A stretch of DNA of 61,487 bases, the filler included, from Choristocarpus tenellus KU-1152 (taxonomy: Eukaryota; Protista; Phaeophyceae), in NCBI GenBank assembly GCA_964200185.2. It is 7 parts of 7 records of this genome, joined end to end, with 100 filler letters (N's around TTAATTAATTAA, not from the genome) between each part and the next. Parts side by side here need not be neighbours in the genome. Positions count along the whole stretch, not along the records: positions 22,625 to 38,173 come from CAXNAD020000976.1; 6 more parts are not named here. One strand, 5' to 3'. Both the position numbers and the translations under genes were made by a program. How positions within the stretch are numbered: the stretch's first letter is position 1; each line of letters begins with the position of its first letter. Below the pieces are notes generated by a model that was given only the letters and a program-made list of their open reading frames with translations, did no database searches and was not told where the DNA came from. This document shows, piece by piece, positions 23,507 through 37,318 of this stretch.

Positions 23507-26500
23507 CTTTGCCTGTTCATCATCCACTAGTAATTCGTTGGTACTTGAACCACCGGCAATGTGGCGTCGTTCCGACATACGGTTGAGGGGTGAGCGGAGG
23601 TCCCTGCCAGTGGGACTCCCTGCAGACCTTGGTCCCAAATTCGTGCCGGTCATAAGTGAAAGGTCAAACTGTTGACGCTGGTCTTGTGACGGCCAAGTGC
23701 TGGACAATAATTCCTCGGACGATGGAGGTTTTCGTGACTTGAAGTTATCCAGGTTTCCTGTTGAGATGGAGGCGATTCGTGACAGAAATAGGCGAGACAA
23801 CAAGGGGTTAGGAATTATATGCACAGGGTGTGAAACAACAAGAATATATATATATATATGTATGTTTCATTAATCAGGGCAGTCTATTTGTTGCAATAAG
23901 CCCAGTGGATGCAATTTTTAATTTTCTACTTGCATCGCCCCCAACCAACACTCCTTGTTTTTTTTGTTTTTGATCTTGCTGTCAAGTGAGACATGTACAG
24001 TTGCACAGGAAACCAGAGCTATATAACGTTCTGCAGCATGGTGCTGAAGTTCCTAAATGCCTAACCCTAACCTTAACCCTAGTATTGAGAAAGAGGAAAA
24101 AATATTATTTTCAAACGATGAATCTACCATGAATCCCGCCTGCATCATTCCAAATCTCATCATTTGAATTGATATAATTCCCGGTCAGAAACACAAACAA
24201 TAAAACTAATTACTGCAGGCCTCTGGGTTGGATAATCAAGACAAGGTCAGTCGTGATTGTCTGCCCTCAGACTTGATGCTTCGTAGTAAGCTACAACTGA
24301 CGATGGGGGTGAGATGTGCTAGACCAATCTCCAAGGACTCCTTACAGCTGTTCAAAAAATGCCAACAGTTCAGTTCTCAAGGGGTTCTGACTCAGTGCAA
24401 GGACCCAAAGTATCTGGGGGGGGGTCTACACAAGGGTGTCTGTCGGGCCCAAAACCAGGAAAGGTGCATTTACATCATCCATCCGGCGTATGCAACCAAA
24501 TCACCCAAATATCGCGACATGAAAAAATTGACCCCAAATGGACAGCCGCCTCCCCCTCCCCCCCCCAGATACTTTGAGCCAAACTGCAAACTTTCCCTGT
24601 GTCTTTCTCGCATGCCAGCCCACTCCAACATGCGGAGGTCCATAGCAAACCATTTCCCGGAGTGAATATTTGCAGGGCACAACATAACCCTAACCCAAAG
24701 TAGTGTTTATTCTTTCCCCGAACATTACCATGCAAACTCTTGCAATTTTCATATTTTTAGGGAGGGACCCAAAGTCCAAGATTCCGAGGAACCAAGTTGT
24801 AGCAAGAAGAGTCTCGTGGTGTAGGGAGACCACACTACCACCTGCTGCGGAGTGTTTCAGTTACAATCACAGTCCAAAGGTGTGCAATGCTCTGCATTTG
24901 TCACTCCCAATTGAAACAATTATGTAGGATGTTGCTACTTTGCCCCCGTTCGGCCATTCTTTCTCATAAGTTAATTTTCGTCCATCCCTCTAGCAGGGAG
25001 GAGCATGTCCTGAGATCCGTGTGCTATGCACTGTACTGTTTCAATAAAGCATTGGTCAGGTTGGTGAGTGAGAATGTAGTCGATGCAACAGTATCCACTC
25101 TTCTCAGGGTCCGCATTGGTTTATGACCCTTACCCCTATAATAAACTAGATGTAGTCTTGATATTTTGAAGTTCATTCATCTCTGCAATCCTGATCATTG
25201 CTGCACATGTGCCAACATGATCCCATCATCTGTACTTCAAGCTACTACCACGAACGACTTTAGTATATCTTAGCAGCAGACAAAGTTTTGCTTTGTGGGA
25301 GTTTTAGTGTCTTAGAGGGTACGAATTTTTCCCTGTTTGTCCATTTGGGGCTTGACCTCCCACAGGTTTGTTATGACATTTTCCTACCCCGAAATGTTTC
25401 GAAGTAGGAAGATGTATACGTTATGAAACGGTGAGCTCAGAACAAGGATACTGACACTTCCTAACAAACACAATAGCCAACATTACATCAAAATTGCAAC
25501 ATAGGATATTGACCCCCAAACGGACGTAGCTCTACCCTCTAAGATACTTTGACTCTGGGAGGGGGTCTGGCCAAGCCCAACCCACTCCAGGATGGTGTGT
25601 ATTGTAAGGGCTGAAAAAAATAAGAACAGTGTTAGGGGGTCCAATTAATGTGCAGATTCTTGCTCAATGAAAATCTAGATGGCACCTACCGCCTTCCTGA
25701 CTACAGGACACTCACATTGGGAAAAAACTCCCTCATATAGAATATATCTTCCAACATGTCCCCCCACTGTAATCTGTACATAAGCTGCCCTGCAATTATT
25801 TTACTTCAAAGCACTCTCATATCCGCCCAAGCACTTTCATCCTCACCTACGGTACAGTTGGATGGTGCATTATCCCCCTTCCCATGCTGCTGAGGTTCTG
25901 TGCTGACAAAAAAATGCTGGCTGTTGTGATGAATACAAGTTTCAAGCAATTACACCGAACAAGTTGCTAGAGTCTAACACTAACCCCCCATGGTCAAATT
26001 CGAAAAGTATAGTTCCAAGTAGTAGACACAAGAATCGGCAAACAGCACACATCAGCGCCAAACCAATTGAAAGGTCGGCAGGGTTGCATCTTAACCGGCG
26101 TTTTGCACTATCGCAGAAGGAGCCTTTTCTTCATTGAGGGGTGGTCAGGCGTCCATTGGGTGCCTGTGAGACCCTGTAGTGGTTTTCATGCTATTTTAGC
26201 AAAAGTGCCCAATGCAACGTCATTTTTATTCACCTGAACACACCTTCCTTTTCCACCCCCTTGATGGAAACAAACCTGAAGGAATACCACCCGCAAAACT
26301 AACATTACACTGGGGTATCTTACAACCTCTCATCAAGTCCCGGATGGACAACCTGGGCTAGAACATACCCCCCTACAGTATACTATTGCCCATTGTGTGC
26401 GGAAAGGGTGAATATAGGCCTTTGCATACTATTGTACAAATAAAAATAATGAATTTGAGTTTATTACACAAGGTAAGAAAGGTGGCTTAGGATGCAAAAG

Positions 26501-29500
26501 AGTCCAAAGCTGCCTACCTCTCAATTGGTTTGTCTCATTAATTAATAATATATACTTCAAAGTGTTACATTAAACATTATGAAGAGCAAGCAGTTTCTGC
26601 GGCACAGTCTGAAAATATTTCTTGCCTCTCAGGATGCCAGCCCCAGAAGTCCTTTTGCTAAGAACATATGACCCTGATCTCCTACTCTGTCCAATTGGCG
26701 ACCTGATGCCAGGCGTAGATGCTGGCCTTCCCATCTGTGGGCTTGTGGAGATACTGTTTGGTGGTGTGCTTGGACGCCTTGGGGACACTTTGGGGGTTGG
26801 AACTCGAGATGTCCCTCCATGGACTCCACTGCCACCCTCCACTCCCCCTCCGCTGCTAACTCCACTACTGCTTACAATACCATCCCAATTTGCACCCGTG
26901 CTCCCACTCCCACCCAGAACCCCACCTGTACTCCCACCCTGTCTTGAGGCAGGCCTTTCACTTCCTAGAGATAGGTCCTTGCCCCCGACCTTGAGTAAGT
27001 AGTTGCCCAAGGGAGTCTTACTGGCAGGGAATCTGGATAAGGTAAGTTCCCAGGCTTCCGGAGAAAGGATGACCTTGACATGTGAAAGAAGAGAGTTTTC
27101 ATTAGGAGAGGCATTTCTGTAACTTAGGGTTGTACCCTAACCCTAACATTGATGTTTGAGTTGTTTCTTAGATATGACATCTATATATCATAATCTTAGT
27201 ATGAAAAAAAACTGGACTATTGACAGAGTCCAGTAGAAATCTTTTCTTTAGGAGAGGGCATATGTCAGGGCGGGTGCTTTTTCCTGACCTTTCCAAAAGA
27301 ACAACCACAAATGGTATCGGGGAGAGCCTAAGGCTATGCAAAAGGCCAGAACCTGGGCAACTTTGGTGCACAACTGATAGTGGCCCAAAAGACTGGACAG
27401 CAAGATCTGATATTGCCATCGTGAAAGAGCTCTGTCTGATGGGATGGCGTGACTCCAGAGTCTAAAGTACAATCAAGGAGAGTATCTGTTTGATACTCTG
27501 CCGTAAGCACAGTATGAAAGATCGATTTCCCTCACCCTCTTATTGCCAAGTCAATTCGTTTTTCCACTTCAACTGGTGCATCATATTTTTCCCAAGACAA
27601 ATACGAGCCTATTGTACGCTGATCAAAGCAATCCAGTTAACACGAATCACAATTCTTAACACCATCATAAATCTGAGTTATCCCCCACAAGTACCTAAGT
27701 CATTTTTTCAAGGCCACTAGTTGCTTGTGATGATATTGCTGATGAGCAATAAAGTACATACAGGAATATGAGGATGGAATTGTACGATCTACCTCTCGGT
27801 GACAATGTAGTAATGCCACAGCTTACCTCCCCCTGCTTGGCCTCCAGTTCCGCTTCTCCTATTTGTCTCAGGGGATCACCAGCCACAAGATACTCCCAGC
27901 GATCGTCTGTGCCAACACAGTAGCTGTACATGTCGCCACTGCAGTGTTTGAAGTTCAGAAGGGTAAGGTCACAGGACTAAAGAGGGGGAAACTTTGAGGG
28001 AATAGTGATGTTTGATGTAGCAAGCAAGGTAATATGCACCATAATGACCATCTTTGACAAAGATAAAATAAGATTAGGGATCAGACAATATCGAACACAT
28101 GGTACACAATAATATTCTTCTTGGCGATGGAGAAACTCCATGACATACATTATACACTTTTCTTCCCAACCACCTGGACTATGGCCCCCCTCCTCCCCCC
28201 GCCTCCTCCCCTTACAAGAGATACAAAAACCTTCCTACACCACAGTGGAGCCTGAGAGATACGGCTTCATCTCCCTTCCCAACATCATATAGGCCACATT
28301 CCCGCAGCATAGCCAGGGAGCACTCCACAGCCTGACTTGCATTAGCCTATGTTAAGACGCAAGGGGGGACAAGATATGCTGTGGCAAATGGATTGGTATA
28401 AGTGCGAGTAGGGAAGTAGAAAGCTTCAATACAATTTGATCAAATACGGGTAGGTTCAGGTCCGGATTGTTTGAAGAGTTACGAAGAAGTGCCTCCCTAC
28501 ATTTACAGGACTTTGACTAGTTTTAGATTACCGCACTGGAAATTTCTTGTGTGTGGTACAGACATGTGACTCTAGGTACTCATGAGTAAAAGGTCCTCGT
28601 AAAGGACTTGCCCAGTCCAATGTGGCTCACAACACAGAGGCGTGTGAGGAAACCTTTGGGCGATACAGAGCAGAACTTAAAACGAGAGTTGGAAGTGATT
28701 CTTCTTAGCATTCTATTCTCGACCTTTATTCTCAGAAGGCACAGCCCTCTACTCCACATGAATGAAAGATTTCGGTTTACCTCTTTCGCTGGGACAGTCA
28801 TCGCACCTGCTGAACCTCAAGTGGGGCCTGGTCCTCACAGGGCCAGATAATCATGACTGCATCTCCACAAAACTTTATAATATCCCCTCTAAACCTTGCC
28901 ACCTGTTCATATGCAAAATCGAATGCAATGGGTTGAAAGGTCGTGTCCAATTTCCTGCTTGTTCTCCCTGCATATTGAGCGGTCCTCATGTCTACTATGC
29001 TTGAGTATGCATACTATGCATCCAGGTCCATAGATCAAGGTTCTTAAATAATTATTAAGTCAGAAAACGGACCTCAAGCAGGGCAAGAGCATCAGGTAGT
29101 GAGCAGGGGAAAATAGGGACAAAGGAGAAAGAGAGTGCACCCTCATATTGTTTTATTGTGGAATTTTCCATGAGCAGATATCTAGTATTGTTAGGAGAGG
29201 AACAGGAAAATTCCTCCTCTGATTTTTGTCTGGGAAGAGAGTCTATGGGTGCTCTACTCACCACGTTTATAAGCATTGTAAAGTATCTGTTGGTGTGTGT
29301 CTTGAGCTGCTCGGCGTTCAGTCTGGCGCTCAGTCTGGTGAACCCAGAGATGTCTGCAAAAAGGAGTGTGGTGGAGAACCGCTGGTGGGAAGGAAAAGGG
29401 AGGAAAGAGTAATTGATTGGCTGTGGAGCATGGTTGCTAGGATCGTGGCTAATACTCAGCCTTGAGCAAAGGGTTGCAACTACTTCTCTCATAAATATGA

Positions 29501-32500
29501 GTGGACATATATGTAAGACTCTCAGACTAGGTCTTCAGTAGAATCCAATGGTGAAGGGTGTTAGGTAAGGCGACGAGAGGAAAAAAATGTGCGCCACCGT
29601 CAGACACACAGCAAGTTCGACTGTGTGGAATGAAGCGGTCGCTTGCGCTGCAACTCCTCTTCATGTTATTCTCCTCAAGGAGCGCCACAGTGATATAATA
29701 TCGCAAAGCAGTAGTGTCCAGGCCCAAATAAATCCCAACCACAACAGCACTGTGTATCCCGACTTCCAAACATCAGGCGAGAACCCCCCTCACACACACA
29801 TAATGCAGAGTTGCAAGATCAGACTCTCCGGGATGCTGTAGTGGGAGGTTGGAATTGGAAGCATTGGGCAAGGGGTTGTTTCCTCACCTCGCAGATAGGT
29901 TCTGGTCTGGTGATTCCTGTCTTCTCAACGTGCTCACAGAGCATGCGGTGCACCATTGCGGGTGAGAACTGAGCATACTCCACACAAAAAGTGCCAAACT
30001 GGGTGCCACCATCATCGTTCCCAATGGAGGACTGCTCAGAGCACCGGACAAGTGCAACTGTTGTTGAAAAATCAAGTTGTGTTGCTTGGTGTGTATTTGC
30101 TTACTTAAGTTGTAAAGTATCATTTAGGCGTGGGTGTACAGAAAGTACTAGAACATGGATGAGTTAAAGCATGGATTGGAGGATAGTGGTGGAGTCATCT
30201 GCAACATATCTCTTTCCCTCAGCAACAACATGTTTGTTGGTGGCTAGGGGGGAGGGAGGGTATACATATTTTCCTGCACGCTAAATCTGTTAGTGTGTTG
30301 CTTCACTATAAGAGCCGTGCAACACTGCTTCAACAAACGAGTATGACTAACCGCTAACCACCGCTCCAACCAAAATTACAACCCCTACTATTGTGCTCCT
30401 CCCTTCAAACCCTAACCCTAAGTTTGTCCAACATGCACCGCTCAAATACCCACCAAGTGACTGCCACATTGGTATTACCGCCCCCATATAAGTCTTGACG
30501 ATATCTTTATTGTGAATCAAAGCTTTTAAGAGTGTAGGGGTGAGTCCGTTCGGGGTCATAAATCCAATGTTACGATTTGGATTAATTTTTACTATCGTGT
30601 TTACTAGTAAGTGCCAATGTCCTCGCTCCGGACACACCTTTCATATTCGTATATATTTGAACCAAAGTATCTTAGAGGTTAGAGCCGTGTCCATTTGGGG
30701 GTCAAATTCCAATGTTGTGATTTAGATGTAATTTTGGGCATCACGTTTGTTAGGAAGTGTCAATATCCTTGTTCCAGACACACCTTTTCATAATGTATAC
30801 ATTTTACCTACTCCGAAACGTTTCGGAGTAGGAAAATGTCCTGAGAAACCCATGGGAAGCCAAGCCCCAAACAGACAAACAGGGCAAAACGCGTACCCTC
30901 TAAGATACTTTCACTCATTTTAACAAATTGTATTCATAGGGAAAACCGAAAAAGGGTAAAAAAAGAAGCGAAAGTATCTTGGAGGGTACGAGTTTTGCCC
31001 TGTTTGTCCGGTTGGTGCTTGGCTTCCCAAGGTTTTCTTTTATGACGTTTTTGCTGCTCCAAAACATTTCAGAGTAGGTAAAGCGTATACATTATGAAAA
31101 GGTGTGTCCAGAACAAGGATATCGGCACTTCCTTAGCAAACACGACACCCCAAATTACATCAAAATCGTAACATTGGATTTTGGCCCCCAAACAGACGCG
31201 GCTCAACCCTCTAAGATGATTCAACTCAATACCACTTGGAAGCCAAGCCTCGAACGAACAAACAGGGCAAGATTCCTACCGTCTTCAATGCTTTGGATCT
31301 GGTTTCGAATTTTCATACGCTTAAATGAAGTGCCAATTCCTCTGATCTTCCTCCCTTTGCAATCCTGAGGGTTCATGGTTTGCTCAAGCAAACAAGACAG
31401 AGTTTTTGGTGTGGATGAGATTGAATGTATCTTAGAGGGTATGAGTTTTGCCCTGTTTGTCTATTTGGGGCTTGGCTTCCCATGGGTTTTTAATGACATT
31501 TTCCTGCTCCAAAATTTTCATAAGTAGGTAAAATGTGTACGTTATGAAAAGGTGTGTCCAAAACATGGATATTGACACTTCTTAACAATCATGAAGGCCA
31601 AAATTACATCCAAATCGCAACATTGGATTTTGGCTATTGTTAGGCCATCCCTGTTTACCCTTCATCTTTAATGCCTAGGGCCTACAAAGCACACCTTTGC
31701 AACAAGGATTCCAAACAGAGAGAGAGAGAGAGAGAGAGAGAATGACAGCAGTGGTATCAATACTATTTAAGGATTGTGGCATCAAAGTCAAAGAAGCAAT
31801 TATGGGTGACACAACAAGGAAGCAGACAATGGACTGCTGAATGAAACTATATGGAGACCCATCATTTCCCCTCTCCAGAGGGTACAGACACAGCTGCTGG
31901 CATGTTGGATTTTTGGCAGCATATTCACCAGAGAGGCAAAGGCATATTTTGTATTTTGCAGTATCGATCAGTGTCATGTCAACTGATTAAATGACCTAAT
32001 TCGACCATTGTCAACCTGCAGTTTTGCTTGTCGGATGCCCTGGAGAAACAATCCATGGTTCACACTATATCCAGAGCATGAAGCACCCACCAACCAGCAG
32101 AAAGATTTACTTGTATGAAGGACGTGGAAGTAGTAACTACGTGCGTTCAAGCCTTCTTGATGTTTGGTGGTGCTACACCAATACCAGTATGTTCTTGACC
32201 GGAACACACAATTTGTCAGACAAAACACAGCCTGGTCCTTACAGAAACTGCCGTGCATAAGTAACTGAAAACGAATGGAACCTACCACAGGAAAAGGTAT
32301 AGTTAATATATGTATAGTGTGATGTTGGCCATGATCAGGATCAGTTGCAACTTCTGGTCCTGTCAGACTTTACAGTCTAGACATAGAGGGACTTGATGCC
32401 AGCTTCTGGGAGGGGACAAGCCTATTGACCTACCTTTGGGGAGTAAAATGACATGGTAGGGGTGATATGGTTCTGCCCTGCACCAGTTCTGTTTCGCCTC

Positions 32501-32573
32501 AGCCCCCTCTTCACCTCGGCAGCACTGAGCTCTTTTGCCCTCTGGCGGTTTAGACCTGCTAAGCGGAACATGC
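23507..32573 (-). CDS. Class III nucleotide cyclase of the soluble adenylyl cyclase (ADCY10-like) type, partial
   Basis: Core exons: 29968-29888 (FSPAMVHRML...EPICE), 29381-29262 (RFSTTLLFADISGFTRLS...YFTMLINV), 28902-28807 (VARFRGDIIKFCGDAVMIIW), 28346-28231 (...LRLHCGVG), 27938-27827 (GDMYSYCVG...WEYLVAGDPLRQIGEAELEAKQGE), 27073-26626 (VILSPEAW plus Ser/Gly/Pro-rich tract). Phases are consistent. Flanking exons 32573-32434 and 23757-23507 are plausible but less certain. No second cyclase domain is seen before the contig end. Confidence 0.88.
24402..24580. mobile_element. MITE family B copy, intronic
   Basis: gacccaaagtatctgggg...ccagatactttgagcc; internal sequence matches 22660 and 38339. 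Confidence 0.85.
25299..25555. mobile_element. MITE family A (about 255 bp; TIR GAGTSAAAGTATCTTAGAGGGTA), intronic
   Basis: tcttagagggtacg...taccctctaagatactttgactc; internal sequence shared with about 10 other copies. Confidence 0.85.
30514..31299. mobile_element. Nested MITE family A cluster: an older copy interrupted by two younger copies
   Basis: Outer copy 30514-30658 + 30921-30965 + 31228-31299. Inner copies 30659-30916 (TSD ATTT) and 30966-31227 in opposite orientation. Confidence 0.8.
31419..31634. mobile_element. MITE family A, truncated copy
   Basis: gtatcttagagggtatgagttttgccctgtttgtc...cattggatttt; second TIR missing. Confidence 0.8.
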
Positions 32574-34090
32574 CTGCATCGGTTGTGTCCAAAATGTTCA
32601 TCACAAAGTAGGGGAGGTGTTTGAAGGGTTCATGCCAAAATTTTCTGCTCTGGTGAATGTTATGTTTATTGTTGCAATTATGGCTATAGGGAGCACGATC
32701 TATTGCTGATTTTATGAAAAGGGCTCAAGATTTCTGAAAGCACCAATCGATTCTGCAAAAACAAGTGCCCAAAATTAAATTATCTCATCTAGCGGTGGAT
32801 CAAATTTTCTATCCTCTTTGCAAAGCTTAGAACAGTAAGTGAGACTCACTTCTACCACCACTAGTTCATACCCCTGTGCCTGGGGCTTGATGAGCATATT
32901 TCTAAGATTCAGTATACTTTGAGGTATAGCAATATATTATGTACACTACCAGGGCTCTAGAAAGGCATGGTACAAATATTTAGTAGTGTGCTGCATTATG
33001 TTGGCACATGTTGGGAAGAAGGTAGACCAAATCGATAGGGTACAAATCACAATACTAGCGAGGAAAGTAAGGAAAATGAGAGGAAATATCACTGCAGTTA
33101 GACGCACTTGTCACTTGCCGCCAATGATTTGCGAACCTTCATTCATGTGCCCCAAAGAAAATTTTAGGAGCGGTTCAAACCCTACTTGATAGTCACAGCA
33201 TACCTTTGCGCAACTCTACGTTTGGCCATTGACCGTGATTGATATTACATTGTATGGAATGCGAAAATGATTCACACTAAGTGATAGTGGTAGCAGGAAA
33301 GGCGTTTGATATGTCATGCTATGCATATTGAGCGTGAGTTGGTGCACAGTAGAGTATGCTCAGATTGCCTTAAGTACTGCTGAGTACGATTGCCTAGTGT
33401 TTATACTTATCCTACAGCCTTAGGCCATTCATAATACTGCTGCTATAAACTACATGTAGATAGCAGTGCTAGACAGCAATACAATGCAATTCATACCATT
33501 CTGTGTGCTCCTGAAACAGTGGGAAATGAGCCCTATGTTTATTTTGGCCGAGGATGAAATCACGTCGACGATATTGTCAAGATGAACATTGTTTGAATGG
33601 TGATGAGAAGTCAAGTGATTTCCTCATCACCCGAATAACCTAGCCTAGTTTCACAACGCCTGCCTTGAGTATGTACCTATTGTCATGAGGGTTGTCCGCA
33701 TTATTCGCCAATTCCTTTGAGCTCTTGTTCGACTACCTGATGAACTCATGTCGAATGAAGTGGATAAAGTGTGCTCTTTCGGTATTCTGTTCACCCCTTT
33801 GTCCTCGCTTTTAAACAGACGGATAGAGAGGAAACGGAATATTTGGGAAGAGCGAGAAATTTGAACAGTTAGGACATTTTAGGAGACAGCAACAAGGTAT
33901 GTAACAAAGAGAGTCCTCCAGGGGCTTCTTGTTGTCGGCGTCTTTTTCTCGGATGTCGAGAAGATAGGAACCCTCATTAACGTACCACTCACCAGAGAAC
34001 CAAGTCAGGAAATGCAAGGACCAAACCCCACCACAAAATACTGTGGGCAAGGCAATTGTTATGGTGCACTAAACATCAACTCTGTTTCGT

Positions 34091-34588
34091 TCAGGGGCAC
34101 CTGGAGTCCTCCACCAGGGACTCCTCCACCAAGCTATCCACATGATGACAGGAGAGATGCTCAGGAATTGATAATTGTGACTCTTCCATCCCTTGCGAAG
34201 CTGTGGAGTATTGATTTGTGTCGCAACATAGTTGAGGTTTGTTTTGCCCCTTCTTTAGTTCTCTTTGACCGACTTCCAGTGAAGGTTCCAATGAGGGAAC
34301 AACAGTCGAGCGCGAGTGGGATCTCTTCTTGGAGGGTACGACGGTGATAGTGCCACACTTTTGACTGCGGGATGTTCCACAGGCTTGTGACTCAAGGGAT
34401 TGAAGAACCAGACGTCCAGATCCTCGTCGCTGCTTTCCATCGGCACTATCCCTGGACTCAAAGGTTTGGTGAGATAAATCTGCCTTTCCAGCTTGGGGTG
34501 AGTTCCTTTCGTCCCTTAGCCGTACTGGTGGCGCTTTCTTCAAACCTTGGACAACCATGAGTGGAAGGAACACCGAGTTAAGGCCCAA
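34091..34588 (-). CDS. Possible 5' exon of the cyclase gene (low-complexity, charged)
   Basis: 165-codon open frame with acceptor-like ccaag and donor-like ccag|gtgccc, same strand and upstream of the cyclase exons. I could not resolve its phase linkage to neighbouring exons. Confidence 0.35.
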   Translation of the reverse strand: MGLNSVFLPLMVVQGLKKAPPVRLRDERNSPQAGKADLSHQTFESRDSADGKQRRGSGRLVLQSLESQACGTSRSQKCGTITVVPSKKRSHSRSTVVPSLEPSLEVGQRELKKGQNKPQLCCDTNQYSTASQGMEESQLSIPEHLSCHHVDSLVEESLVEDSRCP

Positions 34589-35230
34589 TGAAATGTCATT
34601 CGGACTCGTGCATTAGACTCACGTCCCAATGATATGTGCGAGTCCTGGAGTCGAGGGCGTCACCATGCACCTCATGTTTTCGGCGTCCCCACCTCCCGCC
34701 TTCGCCTCATCATGTTGAGTACAAGAAGTGGAACCATTCGTAGTGGAGAAAACCTGACGTTACGAGTAGAGGTCTTTTTTTTTTAAATACAACCACATTT
34801 TTCGGGAGGATTTTTTATTGCGTAGTAAAATAAAGTATGGGCCAATCATACACCTCTCTTGGTTAAGCATGGGCAATATCATATATCTCCTTCCTTGTCA
34901 ATCTCTCAGCCAACCAAAGAACTTCTTGAATGAAATTGTTCCTCCTACAGCATATTGATTATAGAGGGTTTTTTGAAATAATTTGAAATAACATTGTTGC
35001 AATATCCTGAAATTAATATCTGACAAAAAAAGGAAAGAGGTGGAAACATAAAACTTGGGGCATGCAAACATAATAGCGACCATAGTTCAGGTGGACGAAT
35101 TGATAACCCTTAAAAACTCCGGAGTAGGTAGCATTCCTGCCGATGTTTACTATTCCGATTTACTTCTGATGATGTTTTGGAAAGATGTGGGTTGTGCTCA
35201 TGATATTTTCGAACGTGATTTAGGTTAAGG

Positions 35231-35337
35231 TGCAAAGTATCTGGGGGGGCGGGGGGCGGGCGTCCATTTGGGGTCTCCATTTTACCATATCGCGATTTTT
35301 GGGTAACTTGCTTATACGCGGGGGATTGAAGGTGTAT
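35231..35337. mobile_element. MITE family B, partial copy
   Basis: caaagtatctggggggg...gtccatttggggtc...atcgcgatttttgggt. Confidence 0.7.
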
Positions 35338-36337
35338 TTCGTAGATATGTGTGTGGATTACAGTTAGTTACAGTCGTGTTAGGGTAAGTCCAGCAAAATG
35401 TGCTATCATTGCTGAGGATTTTTAAATTTAGACTTGAATTAATGAAAAAAATGGTTGGGGATTGGTTTAGGTATATTATGGTCAAGTGCCTATGTTCGCG
35501 TGCTTTTGCTCATGAAGTATTGAAAAAAAATGTCATTGATTATGGTTAACTGGTGGTTTGTGCTTCGTGAGGTGAACAAATGTCTACATCCATTGTGAAG
35601 AAGCATTAATGGGGTTTTGAATTAGCCAGATTAGTTCGAGTTAAACGATTAGTTCATTAATTTTTGATGTACGGTGATGAATATTGTAATTTCTTATTTG
35701 GGTTTTTTAATTCAAGCGACCAATTGTGTAATTGATTTAAATATGGTCAGCTACGGCATCAAGAACTTCTTCACGTAGGCGTTGGTCGATAATCTGGTAT
35801 TCAGGGGGGTTTGGTTGGGGTAAGCGAGGGATATGCTGGAGGTGGAAAGGGTTAGGGAAAGGTTTTCTCAGGGACTAGGTTGGGTTTTTGGAGCATGTCC
35901 ACACGAGGGTAGTGTTGTGGTTAGTGGGTTGGGTTGATGACTGTCCATGTAGGTGAGGGGTGGGACATGTCACAGATTTCGGTCGATTTGGTTTCAAGGG
36001 TAGCATCAACAATACATTACATGTGCCTGGTTGTATGCACATGTCTGTGGGCTCGCGAAGTATGGAACGTAGAGAGTCCTCGTTTTGTGTCATTAAATTA
36101 TTACTTACTTTGGTTTTGGCATAATGTGACCGATTCCTTAACCAATAATGAAACTACGGTGAAACCAATTATGGAAAATTGTGAGTCCATTAAGGAAACA
36201 ACCTGTTGACAGATGCACGCCTAATTTTGCATGTACATAAAACTTGCAGGCATGCAAGGATGTGACAGTTTGGCGCAAAGGATAGGTGTTCCAGAGCTAC
36301 GACGCGACAGCAATATAAGCTTCATAAAGGTTTTAAT

Positions 36338-36593
36338 GAGCCAAATATCTTAGAGGGTACAGCCGCGTCCATTTGAGGGCCAAATCTAATGTTGCGATTT
36401 CGATGTAATTTTGGCTATCGTGTTTGTTAGGAAATGTCAATATCCTTGCTCCGGACACACCTTTTCAGAATGTATAAATTTTACCTACTCCGAAACATTT
36501 TGGAGTGGGAAAATGTCATAAAAACCCCGAGGGAAGCCAAGCCCGAAATGGACAAACAGGGCAAAACCCCTACCCTCTAAGATACTTTTGCTT
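36338..36593. mobile_element. MITE family A copy
   Basis: gagccaaatatcttagagggta...taccctctaagatacttttgctt. Confidence 0.85.
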
Positions 36594-37318
36594 AGTGTTT
36601 ATGAGAAATATTAGTGTGAAGCAAGCGGAACAGGTTTCGATCATTAAAACCAAGACAGAAGTGTACCCTCCTTTGGTTGAAAGGTTCGGCTAAGTTTCGA
36701 ATGTGTTTGTGTTTGATGGAGGGTAGCCGGAGGTAGTGTCTGTAAAGTATAGATTCCCAAACGGTGTTACCCTGTTATCACCAAAGCAACCCCAAACAAT
36801 GACGGGAAAACATGGCAAGGATTCTGGTGTTCACCAACGTGGTGCGATGAGGACGATATGCTGTGTTAGACACTGATTAGTGTTTAAGGCTATCGACCTC
36901 GCTTCGCATCAGAAGAAGAACGGTTTAGGGGGGGAAAAGGTGTTATCCCACGGGATATTAGCATTTCATTTGTCAGTAGCTGTGTGCTGTTGTATAAGCC
37001 GTGCAAATACCTAGATACAAATGAGAACCGAAATACTGAACCAAAGCTGGTTCTTTAGTGAGAGAAGGACACATTCGAGTTTACACAAAGTCGCAGAGTT
37101 CACAGCAGGGAGAAAGTTTGTTTGAATTTTTATTGAATTAGGGTTACCCTGACAGTTCTAACTCCAGAATATCAAAAATTAGCCCCAGACCGTGCAAACT
37201 TGGTCGCTGTACAGTTCCAACTACAGAGTCTTACAAATTTTTGGTCCAGACCATGCAAACCTGGTCGTCGGACACAGTGTGGAAGGAAGAGAAATGCGGA
37301 AATCTGCGACAAATACCC

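Noticed and set aside
24240-26180. Extra cyclase exons near 25850-25905, 24700-24845 and 26050-26165
   Set aside because: Splice-like signals exist, but I could not build a phase-consistent, stop-free chain.
26622-27002. 126-aa Pro/Leu-rich plus-strand ORF
   Set aside because: It is the antisense shadow of the Gly/Ser-rich cyclase exon.
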